Origin: an uncultured Elusimicrobia bacterium
GTDB lineage: Bacteria; Elusimicrobiota; Endomicrobiia; DTEH01
Direction: 5' to 3'
NCBI GenBank assembly: GCA_964561135.1
Contig: CAZLOB010000038.1
Span: forward strand, 6,427 to 70,426
DNA length: 64,000 bases
The first letter of the stretch is position 1; each line of letters opens with the position of its first letter. This document shows positions 1 to 9,100 of the stretch, in pieces. The translations under genes were made by a program, and so were the position numbers. Under the pieces are notes generated by a model. That model saw only the letters and a list, made by a program, of their open reading frames with translations. It was not told the DNA's origin and searched no databases.

Positions 1-603
1 TTCTTTATAAGGTCTTGGTTTTCTTACAGGCCATTTGTGATACATTTTAAGTTCTCTAACAACACCATTTTTTGTTTTTAGTTTACATATTACATCTTCA
101 ACAGTAAATTTGCCAGTTTTAATTTCTATAATTTCAGACTCTCCGACATCTGGTGGTATCAAGATATAATGTTTCGCTATTGGTGTTTCTTGTACGTATC
201 CAATAATATCTCCACCTGCAACTTTATCATTTACCTTTTTTGTAGGCACAAAATCCCAAAGCTTTCCCCTATCCAAAGCCACTGCAGACACACCTCGTGA
301 GATAAAAAAACCAGAAATACTTTCAATTGTTTTTAATGGTCTTTGTATACCATCATATATAGTAGTAATCAACCCGGGACCTAGCTCTACACATAAAGGT
401 TCTCCTGTTGTTTCAATTTCATCGCCAACTGATAGTCCTGTAGTTGGTTCATATACTTGGACAAAAAATTTGTCTTCATATAATCTAATCACTTCGCCAA
501 TCAATTTTTCTTTACCTACACGGACTACATCATACATTTTTATCTCCGGGATACCTGTACCAACAACTAAAGGACCTGAAACTTTTACTATCCTTCCTTT
601 CAT
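1..603 (-). CDS. atpA: V-type (A/V) ATP synthase catalytic subunit A, N-terminal ~200 aa. Partial; the gene continues past the window start.
   Basis: The ORF track missed this because it has no in-window stop. The minus-strand reading frame is open from the ATG (rc of 601-603) to position 1. Translation begins MKGRIVKVSGPLVVGTGIPEIKMYDVVRVGKEKLIGEVIRLYEDKFFVQVYEPTTGLSVGDEIETTGEPLCVELGPGLITTIYDGIQRPL, which matches the conserved V-ATPase A N-terminal beta-barrel region (SGPLV...IYDGIQRPL). Confidence 0.7.
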   Translation of the reverse strand, partial: MKGRIVKVSGPLVVGTGIPEIKMYDVVRVGKEKLIGEVIRLYEDKFFVQVYEPTTGLSVGDEIETTGEPLCVELGPGLITTIYDGIQRPLKTIESISGFFISRGVSAVALDRGKLWDFVPTKKVNDKVAGGDIIGYVQETPIAKHYILIPPDVGESEIIEIKTGKFTVEDVICKLKTKNGVVRELKMYHKWPVRKPRPYKE

Positions 604-606
604 AAA

Positions 607-924
607 TTATACTTCCTCTAATTTTATACTTGTAGCAATTGTTACTAATTTTTTATATTTTTGTTTGGCAACATTTTTTATTCCATAAACATCCGAGAAA
701 GGGATAACAATTTTTTCTTTATCAAAATCTGGATATGTTTTTATTAATATTTGATAAACACTTTCAGTAACAAAAATTTTTTCATACTCAACATCTTTAG
801 CAACATTTTTGAAAATTTCAACAACTTCATCTTCATTTGCTAAATTTACATAAAACATATCCCAACTAAAAGGTTTGTATATCACAATTGATTCATAGTC
901 ACCTATAACAGCTATTTTTTTCAT
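607..924 (-). CDS. atpF: V-type ATP synthase subunit F
   Basis: I used the internal start MKKIAVIGDYESIVIYKPFSWDMFYVNL (~105 aa), which is typical of V-ATPase subunit F in size and N-terminus. It lies 4 nt upstream of subunit A. The longer 135-aa ORF-track version would run through the adjacent tRNA-Glu, so I rejected it. Confidence 0.55.
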   Translation of the reverse strand: MKKIAVIGDYESIVIYKPFSWDMFYVNLANEDEVVEIFKNVAKDVEYEKIFVTESVYQILIKTYPDFDKEKIVIPFSDVYGIKNVAKQKYKKLVTIATSIKLEEV

Positions 925-937
925 AACCAAAAAAATT

Positions 938-1012
938 TGGCTCCAACGGGATTTGAACCCGTGCTTGCGGCTTGAGAGACCGCTGACCTGAACCAGGCTA
1001 GTCGATGGAGCC
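938..1012 (-). tRNA. tRNA-Glu (anticodon CUC)
   Basis: The reverse complement folds as a cloverleaf. Acceptor stem GGCTCCA/TGGAGCC with discriminator A; D stem GACT/GGTC; anticodon stem GCGGT/GCCGC with loop CTCTCAA (anticodon CTC); T arm ACGGG-TTCAAAT-CCCGT. No encoded CCA. Confidence 0.8.
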
Positions 1013-1120
1013 ATATAATGTTTGTAAGTTTAATTTATTAAAATCATTAAACAAATTCAAGACTTAACTAAAAAACATCATTATGTTGAAAAATTATTTC
1101 AAAATTTTATAAAATTAAAT

Positions 1121-3013
1121 TTGTCAAAAATGATAATAATGAAAAAGTTTAAAAAATTTTCTTTTCTTATTCTTATTATTTATTTAATATTTTTTTCTCC
1201 CATTTTTTCGATATATCTTTTTGGTGTTGTTCCTCATATCACTGGAGAATTTATAAAAGGCCAACCAAGAAGTAGAGTTAAAATCTGCAATGAAGCAAAT
1301 ATTCTTCGTAAAAAGGGAGCCCCTTCTATAGAAATTGCGAGAACTTTAGGTACCATTGGCACAAAAAAAATTGCTGTTATTATTGTTGACTTCTCAGATC
1401 AAGAATTTACTGAATTACCCCAATCAAACATAACTTTTCAAAAGCTAAAAGAATATTACAATGAAGTCTCATATGGCAAATTACAACTTGATATTACATT
1501 TTTCCATCAAAATGGTTCAACAAAAATAATAACAGGACAAGAAATACCATTTAGAATGCCAAAACCCATGGAATATTATGGTCGAGATACAGATAATACC
1601 TTAGCACAATTAGTGAAAGATGCAATCAAAGCTACAAATGGTACTGTAGACAAAAGATCTTATGATTATGTGATGGTATTACATGCTGGATATGGTAACG
1701 AGTCAACAAATAATAAAGAAGATATTTGGTCTGTATATGTTGATTGGGATGACGCTATAAATGGTTTTACAGACGGTACTATTGTCCCTGAAAAAGAGCT
1801 TTATGCTTCTGCAGTAGGTGTCGTTTGTCATGAATTTGGACATCAGTTAGGATTGCCAGATTTGTATTATGGTCAAGAAAGTATTGTAGGTAGATGGTGT
1901 CTAATGGATTATGGTGTTTGGAATGGAGAACCACAAGGTTCATCACCAGCTCACTTGTCTGCTTGGTGTAAACAATTTTTAGGTTGGCTTGAAGTTGAAA
2001 CCGTTACTTCTACTAAAAAGAACATATCGTTGCCTTATATAGAAAGAAATTCTTCAGCAATAAAAATCTTAATTAAAACAGCTAGTAATCCACAAAAAGA
2101 ATATTTTTTATTAGAGTATAGAAGAAAAATTGGATTTGATGCATTCCTCCCAGCAGAAGGATTATTAATTTGGTATATTGATGATAACATTGCTTCTGAC
2201 GAAAATAGGCTAAAAGATAACAATATAAATTCAGGGGAACCGCATTATGGAGTTGATCTAATTGAAGCAGATATGACACCAGCTGGAAAAGACATTGAAA
2301 ATGAAGGTGATCCTTTTCCTGGAGATAAAAATATTACACAGTTCTTCCCACAAGAATATAACATCACAGCTTATAATGGAAATCCTATTAACATGATTAT
2401 ATCTGATATTGAGTTAGACAAAAATAATGCTTATTTTAACATAATTTGTTTTTCAGGTTTATATGTTAAAGTAACTCGCTTAGATGCAATTCCATTAAAC
2501 AATGTTAGAATTGATTTATATAAATATAAAGAAAATATTTCTACCTATACTTATACTTCATTGCAAGGAAGTACAGCAATAGAATTATCTACAGGTATTT
2601 GGAGCGTAACTTATTCATTACAAAATTACACAACTTATTATGAAACTATAGAAATTTTTCCTGAACAACTTATAATAAAAAAAGTCATTTTAAGATACGA
2701 TCCAAGTTTAGTTTTATCAAAAAATGAGTTTATTGTTGGTAATAACTATCTCGATTATACTACACTGAACAAAATTGTATTTAGATATAATGTTGAAGGG
2801 CCAACTGATGTGAAAATTATCGTTTATACTATTTCAGGTAATGTTATTAAAACTTTTGAAAAATATCACGAAAAAGAAGGTTATTATGAAGAAATTTGGG
2901 ATAATGTAAAAGACAAAAATGGTAATGAGTTACCAAGTGGAGTGTATTTTGTAGTCTTTAAGTCGAAGTATTTCAGTAAAGTAGAAAAATTTATTGTAAA
3001 ACAAAAATTATGA
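1121..3013 (+). CDS. Secreted zinc metalloprotease, M6 (immune-inhibitor-A)-like, with C-terminal T9SS/FlgD-Ig-like sorting domain
   Basis: N-terminal signal peptide (MKKFKKFSFLILIIYLIFFSPIFS). Zinc motif VVCHEFGHQLGLPDLYY (HExxHxxGxxD). The C-terminal ~75 aa (KIIVYTISGNVIKTFEKYHEKEGYYEEIWDNVKDKNGNELPSGVYFVVFKS...) matches the T9SS type-A CTD pattern. Confidence 0.6.
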   Translation: MSKMIIMKKFKKFSFLILIIYLIFFSPIFSIYLFGVVPHITGEFIKGQPRSRVKICNEANILRKKGAPSIEIARTLGTIGTKKIAVIIVDFSDQEFTELPQSNITFQKLKEYYNEVSYGKLQLDITFFHQNGSTKIITGQEIPFRMPKPMEYYGRDTDNTLAQLVKDAIKATNGTVDKRSYDYVMVLHAGYGNESTNNKEDIWSVYVDWDDAINGFTDGTIVPEKELYASAVGVVCHEFGHQLGLPDLYYGQESIVGRWCLMDYGVWNGEPQGSSPAHLSAWCKQFLGWLEVETVTSTKKNISLPYIERNSSAIKILIKTASNPQKEYFLLEYRRKIGFDAFLPAEGLLIWYIDDNIASDENRLKDNNINSGEPHYGVDLIEADMTPAGKDIENEGDPFPGDKNITQFFPQEYNITAYNGNPINMIISDIELDKNNAYFNIICFSGLYVKVTRLDAIPLNNVRIDLYKYKENISTYTYTSLQGSTAIELSTGIWSVTYSLQNYTTYYETIEIFPEQLIIKKVILRYDPSLVLSKNEFIVGNNYLDYTTLNKIVFRYNVEGPTDVKIIVYTISGNVIKTFEKYHEKEGYYEEIWDNVKDKNGNELPSGVYFVVFKSKYFSKVEKFIVKQKL

Positions 3014-3888
3014 AAAAATTTATTTATCTAATTTTTATTATTCTTACAATGTTAACATTCTCTTTATCTAATGAAATTAATAATGTGTCAATATCCAACA
3101 GCTATATGCTATCTTCTGAGCAATCTGTTACAGACAATCATAGTTTCAACGCAATCTCAAATCCTGCAATGTTAGCATTCAACTCACAAATTGGGTATTT
3201 ATTAGAATACAACAAACTATTTTATTATGCTCAATCAAATTTTGACAGTATTGGTTTCCTAATTGGTAAAAAAGCTTTTGGTATAGTTATCAACAATTTC
3301 TCATCAGGAAAAATAAGTATAAAAGATATTGAAGGAATTAATACAGGTCAAACTATAGATTATTCTTTAACATCATTTAATTTTGCAGCTGCAATAAGAT
3401 TTACTTTTAATAAATCTGGTAACCTTGCCGGAGGAATTACAGGAATTGTAAACTGGGAAAGAATAAACGTCGAAACAATTACCTATGATGCTAACTTTGG
3501 ACTAGTTTATAACTACGAAAATAAAAACGCTTGTCTTCGATTAGGAACAGTAATCAAAAACATATCTTCAAAAAATACAGCTACCTATCACTGTGGTGTA
3601 TCGATTAAAAGTGGTTCTTTATTTATTATTTGTGGTTATGAAAATAAATTTATAAATAGTTTAAATGAGAAAATAAAATTAGCTGCTATGCTTGATCTAC
3701 CAGTTTTTTATTCTATAATCAAAAATATATCTTTTGGAGTAGGTTATCTTTTCAGTACACAAAATTATATACAACAATTAACATTTGGTTTAAGTATAAA
3801 TTTCAAAATTGTAAGCTTGAACTATTCTTTTGCAACTCATCAATATTTAGGTTCTTCACAAAATTTTCGAATTGGAATAGAACTATAA
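3010..3888 (+). CDS. Outer-membrane beta-barrel protein, possibly PorP/SprF- or PorV-like T9SS-associated
   Basis: Signal peptide and an N-terminal NPA motif (SFNAISNPAMLAF). Alternating hydrophobic beta-strand pattern. Sits immediately downstream of, and overlapping by 4 nt, a CTD-bearing cargo gene. Confidence 0.35.
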   Translation: MKKFIYLIFIILTMLTFSLSNEINNVSISNSYMLSSEQSVTDNHSFNAISNPAMLAFNSQIGYLLEYNKLFYYAQSNFDSIGFLIGKKAFGIVINNFSSGKISIKDIEGINTGQTIDYSLTSFNFAAAIRFTFNKSGNLAGGITGIVNWERINVETITYDANFGLVYNYENKNACLRLGTVIKNISSKNTATYHCGVSIKSGSLFIICGYENKFINSLNEKIKLAAMLDLPVFYSIIKNISFGVGYLFSTQNYIQQLTFGLSINFKIVSLNYSFATHQYLGSSQNFRIGIEL

Positions 3889-4974
3889 ATACTTTCTTGT
3901 ATACAACACAGTACCTATTAGAAAAAATATGATATTAGGTATCCAAACACTTAAATAAGGATTAATTACCCCTGTTTCTCCCAATGTACGCAAAAAGGAT
4001 AAAAATGTCCAATAAACTATAAATACTAATATTACATAAACAAGACTATTTAACTTACCATGCTGAGAAGAAGAAATCTGACCCAATGCAATAGCAAAAA
4101 AAACTATAATAAAATTAAGAAAAGCAATCGAATATCTAAAACTTATCTCTGTAAGAATTCTGTTTGAAGATTCTCCTCTAAATTTACAAATTTTTACTAC
4201 TTGTTTTAATTGATTTAAATTCAGTTGATCAAGTTGCATTGTAGAAAAATTATATTTAAAGTTTTCAACATCAACTGGAAGCAAATATCTATAATTTTTT
4301 ACAATCTTTTCTACGACTGAAGCATTATTGTAGAATTGTTGTATTATAGCATTAGAAAGAATTAGCGAAAGATTATCTTTTATGCCTTCGTTAGAAAAAA
4401 TTTGAAATTTAATTCTCCCATTTTGATATTGCTGCATCAAAAATGAATAAACTTTGTTATTGGTTTTATCATATTTATCTATAAAAATATAAGTCAAAAG
4501 ATCTCCATGATAAAAATAATAAAATAAATCTTTAAGAAAATCTTTCTCGAATTTTTCTTTTTTTATCTTAGTATAAAAAATTTCTTGTGCTTTATAAAAA
4601 TTTTTTGTTGCAACTTTATCATTTACAAAAAATGAAAAAATACTAAAAAGTAACCCCATAACCAACCAAGTTACAAAAAATTGTTTTGTGTCAATCCCCA
4701 AAGTTTTAATCGCTATAATTTCTCTATAATATGTAAAAAAAGAAACGGATAATACAGTTGATAACATTAACGAAATTGGAAGTGTTTGAACGAACCAAAG
4801 AGAAACATGTAATGACAGAAAATTTATTACATCAACGAATTTTGGCTTATGCAAAATAAAATCACCAAATCGCCAAAAAACTTCTGATAAAGCAAAAACA
4901 AATATAAAAAATACCTGTACAGGAAAAAAAATAGATAAAAACTCTTTTAAAAAATATATTTGTAACTTTTTCAT
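3883..4974 (-). CDS. LptF/LptG-family (YjgP/YjgQ) LPS export permease
   Basis: ~360 aa. N-terminal KKLQIYFLKEFLSIFF... TM bundle, then a large periplasmic domain and C-terminal TMs; matches the LptF/G family pattern. Second gene of a tandem pair. Confidence 0.5.
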   Translation of the reverse strand: MKKLQIYFLKEFLSIFFPVQVFFIFVFALSEVFWRFGDFILHKPKFVDVINFLSLHVSLWFVQTLPISLMLSTVLSVSFFTYYREIIAIKTLGIDTKQFFVTWLVMGLLFSIFSFFVNDKVATKNFYKAQEIFYTKIKKEKFEKDFLKDLFYYFYHGDLLTYIFIDKYDKTNNKVYSFLMQQYQNGRIKFQIFSNEGIKDNLSLILSNAIIQQFYNNASVVEKIVKNYRYLLPVDVENFKYNFSTMQLDQLNLNQLKQVVKICKFRGESSNRILTEISFRYSIAFLNFIIVFFAIALGQISSSQHGKLNSLVYVILVFIVYWTFLSFLRTLGETGVINPYLSVWIPNIIFFLIGTVLYTRKYL

Positions 4975-4976
4975 TT

Positions 4977-6080
4977 TTACAAAATTATAGACAAAATAAA
5001 AGACAAAATTAGTAAAAATATATTTGGCAAGTACATAATAAACGCTATAGTAACAAAATTCGGAGAAATATTAGCATTTTCAACAAAAGACATACTTCCA
5101 ATAAGCAAAAAATAATACACACAAATAATAACAATTGCAAAAACAAAACTAAGTGATTTAGCATTTCTTTTAATCCTAGATCCAACTACAATTCCTATAA
5201 TCGTAAACACAACTATACTTAAAGATATTGTATGCCTTAAAAAATATTCGGCCAAAATAAATTTTTTATAATTTATAATGGTTGTTTTATAAAATTCTTG
5301 TAGAAGTTCTTTATTAGACAATTCACGCAAATTTAAAGATTCTGTAACAATTTTTTTAATTTGGCTGTTAGGTATTACAAATTTATAACTATCAAAATTA
5401 ATGTATGTCAACTGAGATGGAAGAGTTTTATCAAAAGTTAAAATTTCTCCTTGGTGCAAATTAAATATGATGTCCACATTACTATTTATAAAAACTTCAG
5501 CAACTTTGGCAAATATTGTTTGGATTATATCTTTTTCAATTGGACTAAAAATATATACGTTATATAAGACAAACTCATTCTTTTTTTGTTCAACAAATTT
5601 TTGATATACAATTTTTTTATTTTGCAAAACAACACTATAACTATTAAAACTCACATAGGGTTTTGATATAACATAATTTATGAACGTATACCTAAATTGT
5701 TTATAACTTTTTGGAACATAAACTGTATTAAAATAAAAGATAATTATTGTAAGCAAAACTGATAAAATAACTAAATTTTTAAAATAAAAACTTTTTTTAA
5801 CACCCATTGTTTGTAAAATTACACTTTCACTCGTCTCATTTAACATAGAAAAAGTAAACAGCACAGATATCAATAAACTTATCGGTATAGTCAATGAAAA
5901 AATAGAAGGTAAAAGATATAAACAAAGCTTTATACTTGTTACAAATTCTGTTTTGTAAGTTAGTAGAGAACTAATTAATTGATATATGTAACTTAATAAA
6001 AACAACAAAGAAGTTACACCAAAATAAATAAAAAAATAAGAAAAAAATGTTTTCAAAATATATTTATTGATTATTTTCAT
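4977..6080 (-). CDS. LptF/LptG-family (YjgP/YjgQ) LPS export permease
   Basis: MKIINKYILKTFFSYFFIYFGVTSLLFLLSYIYQLISSLL...LPSIFSLTIPISLLISVLFTFSMLNETSESVILQTMGV: characteristic permease N-terminus. Paired with the adjacent paralog. Confidence 0.5.
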   Translation of the reverse strand: MKIINKYILKTFFSYFFIYFGVTSLLFLLSYIYQLISSLLTYKTEFVTSIKLCLYLLPSIFSLTIPISLLISVLFTFSMLNETSESVILQTMGVKKSFYFKNLVILSVLLTIIIFYFNTVYVPKSYKQFRYTFINYVISKPYVSFNSYSVVLQNKKIVYQKFVEQKKNEFVLYNVYIFSPIEKDIIQTIFAKVAEVFINSNVDIIFNLHQGEILTFDKTLPSQLTYINFDSYKFVIPNSQIKKIVTESLNLRELSNKELLQEFYKTTIINYKKFILAEYFLRHTISLSIVVFTIIGIVVGSRIKRNAKSLSFVFAIVIICVYYFLLIGSMSFVENANISPNFVTIAFIMYLPNIFLLILSFILSIIL

Positions 6081-6192
6081 TATTTATATTTCAAAAAATT
6101 TTTTAAAAATATGTAAAAATCTTGTGTATTTTTATATATAACTATACACAATTTGTAAAGAATTATCCACAAAATATAAAAAAATCAAACAC

Positions 6193-9100
6193 ATGTTAAA
6201 AGGAAAGATTTTCTTATTCATATTTATAATACTTTCCTACAATATTTTATTTTCACAAGAAAACGTAGAGGAAAACAAAATTAAATTTGACCAAAAAAAA
6301 TGGAATCGAATAAGAGAATGTATAGAAAACAATCTCCCATTATACGAGGAAGAAAAATCAACAAAAGTAGTTACAAAACCTTCTGTTGCTACTCCAACAA
6401 CTATAGAGTTTATTGAAGGAACACAACTTACTATTAATGGACGGAAACTTATTGGTATGGAAATCACATCAGTCAACTATCCATACAAACCTAATTATAA
6501 TAGAACAGATATAAATATGCGACAAGAATTACAAGTATCAGTGAAAGGAAAAGTAGGAAAGAATATAGATGTAAATATAGACATAGATGACACACAACCT
6601 GATAAACGAGATATATCTATTATATATCGTGGTGAAGGAGTAGACGTAACGCCTGGAGCTGTTGGGTACAAAGCAAAGCCTGGAGCTTTTATCCAAGAAA
6701 TAGCTTTTGGAGATATTCAACTTAGCCTACCAAACACAGAATTTGTAGGTTATTCAAGACAAGTTTTTGGGATAAAAGCTATTGTTCAATATGATCGTGC
6801 ACGAATGTATTTAATCGCTTCACAATCAAAAGGTAATTTTGAAACAAAAAGATTTACAGGAAAAACTGAGTTTGAACGAAAAATTATTTCTGACACATCG
6901 TATATACGAAGAAAATACTACAAAATTTTATTCGGTAATCATAAAATTAAAAGAGAAACAGTCAAAGTTTACTTAGATACTTTAGATCCGCAACGAGATC
7001 CTGCAACACTTATTGAACTTACAGCACAAGCTTTTCATATATCAACTTTTACTTATTCTGGTAAATTTGAACAGTTAGCTTTAGGGAAAGATTATGTTAT
7101 CGATTATTCCTTAGGTATTATAACTTTTTATAGACACATACAACCGAATTATATAATTGCAATTGACTACTTTGATGAGAACTCTGGTCTTACTTTAAGA
7201 GAACTTGCTAATACAACAAATTATATCCTAATAAAAGATAAAGATGAGACACCAAATATTACAACCGAATTGTTAAACAGATATTATATTGGTAGGACAA
7301 ACATTATCCGTGATGATGGCACAGGTAATTTTTTGTTAAGAATTATCGACAAAAGTGGCCGTATTTTAAATCCTGAAATAGATAAAATTCAACCTGACGA
7401 CAAAGACATCCCTGTTTATAAAACAGGAAATGTTGGTGATATTAAAGTTGATTTTGAAAACGGAATCATATATTTTGACCAAGAAAAACCTTTTGCAGAG
7501 GATTGTTATTATAAAACTCCAATAAGTAGATATGATATTCTTGTGGAGTATAGATATAAGTCTAAAACATATTTTTTAAAACCATTTATTGTACCTTATT
7601 CAGAACGTGTTGTTGTTGATGGAAAACTTCTACAACGTAATGTTGACTATTGGTTAGATTATGATTCTGGAATACTTTCCTTTTTGCGTGAAGAAGACAT
7701 AAAAGAAAATAGTATAATTGAAGTAAGTTATGAATACAGTATGTTAGGATTACAAGGTGGTGAAACAATATTAGGAAGTAGGTTAGAATTACCTTTGTCA
7801 AACAAATTATTTATAGGTGGAAGCTGGATCGGCAATCTACCTTCAAAAGGTTCTTCAGTGCCTGATATAAGAACAACGCCTTCATCATTGCAAATCTGGG
7901 AAACAGATGCAAGAATCACTTCTGTTAAAATTCCTCTTTTACCTTTACAGATAAATTCTATCTCTGCTGAATATGCTGAAAACGAAAAAAATCCTAATAT
8001 ATGGGACAAAGCCGTTGTTGAAAACATGGAAGGGATAACTTTAGAAGATAGTGTTTCAACATATAGACATATGTGGTATTATAGTTCTTGTAGTGATATA
8101 TATATTCCTGGAAGGTATGACGATAAAACTGATAAACTTGTTGAAGGAGAATTAAACTGGGAAAACGAAGATGTTCCTGTACAAGAAATAAACCCAAATA
8201 GACAAACTACTTACGATAAACAACAAGTGTTGAAAATAAATTATAATTTGTATTCATCACAAGAAGTTGCTATGGCATATTTATTCTCAAAATATGGTCT
8301 TGATTTCTCAAAAAAGTTATATTTAGAAATGGAGTATTATAGCAATGCTGGTGGTGGCGAGTTATATCTTGATCTTGGTCATCCTAGTGAAGACATTGAT
8401 GGTGACGGAGTTTTAGATACGGAAGACAAAAATTCTAACGGTAGATTAGATTTTAATGAAGATACAGGTTTTGAGTATAACAGAGATAACAAGATATACT
8501 ATATAGGCGGAAGTAATGGTAAACTGGACACTGAAGACATTGATGGTGATGGTATACTAAATACAAATGATATTCTCGCTGGGACATACAAAATTTCTGA
8601 TTTAAATTTTACTGGATGGGTATCAACCATCGTTCCTATATCAATAACAGACAAAACAATGTGGACATCTATAAAACAAGTGAGATTAAGAATAAAAGGA
8701 AAAGGAAAAAATGGTGTTGTGAAAATAGCAAAGATTTCTGTTGTAGGAAATAAGTTTGAAATTCATACTCCTCAAAATACAGAAATCTATGCTGTCAACA
8801 ACGAAAATGATCCTACTTATAAAAAACTTTCAGAACTTGAAGAATATACTTCTATATACGGTACACAATATAAAGAGAGACTAGTTGAACAAGCATTAGC
8901 TGTAAAATATAATCTTGACCCAACTTATTCTTCATCAGTTATAACTTTATCATTTTCTCGTGGACAAGATTTTACTTATCACCGTAAATTTAATTTCTTT
9001 TTATTTAATAAAACTGGCAATGAAATTGTATTTAAATTACGTATCTATACGGACCAAAATAACTATCTTGAGTTTTCTACACAAACTATAAGATGGACAA

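Noticed and set aside
470-688. 72-aa plus-strand ORF
   Set aside because: Lies antisense to the clearly conserved V-ATPase subunit A N-terminus (minus strand). Its low-complexity translation has no motif.
925-1014. N-terminal 30-codon extension of the 135-aa ORF (MAPSTSLVQVSGLSS...)
   Set aside because: This stretch is the reverse complement of tRNA-Glu. The genuine start is the MKKIAVIG methionine at 924.
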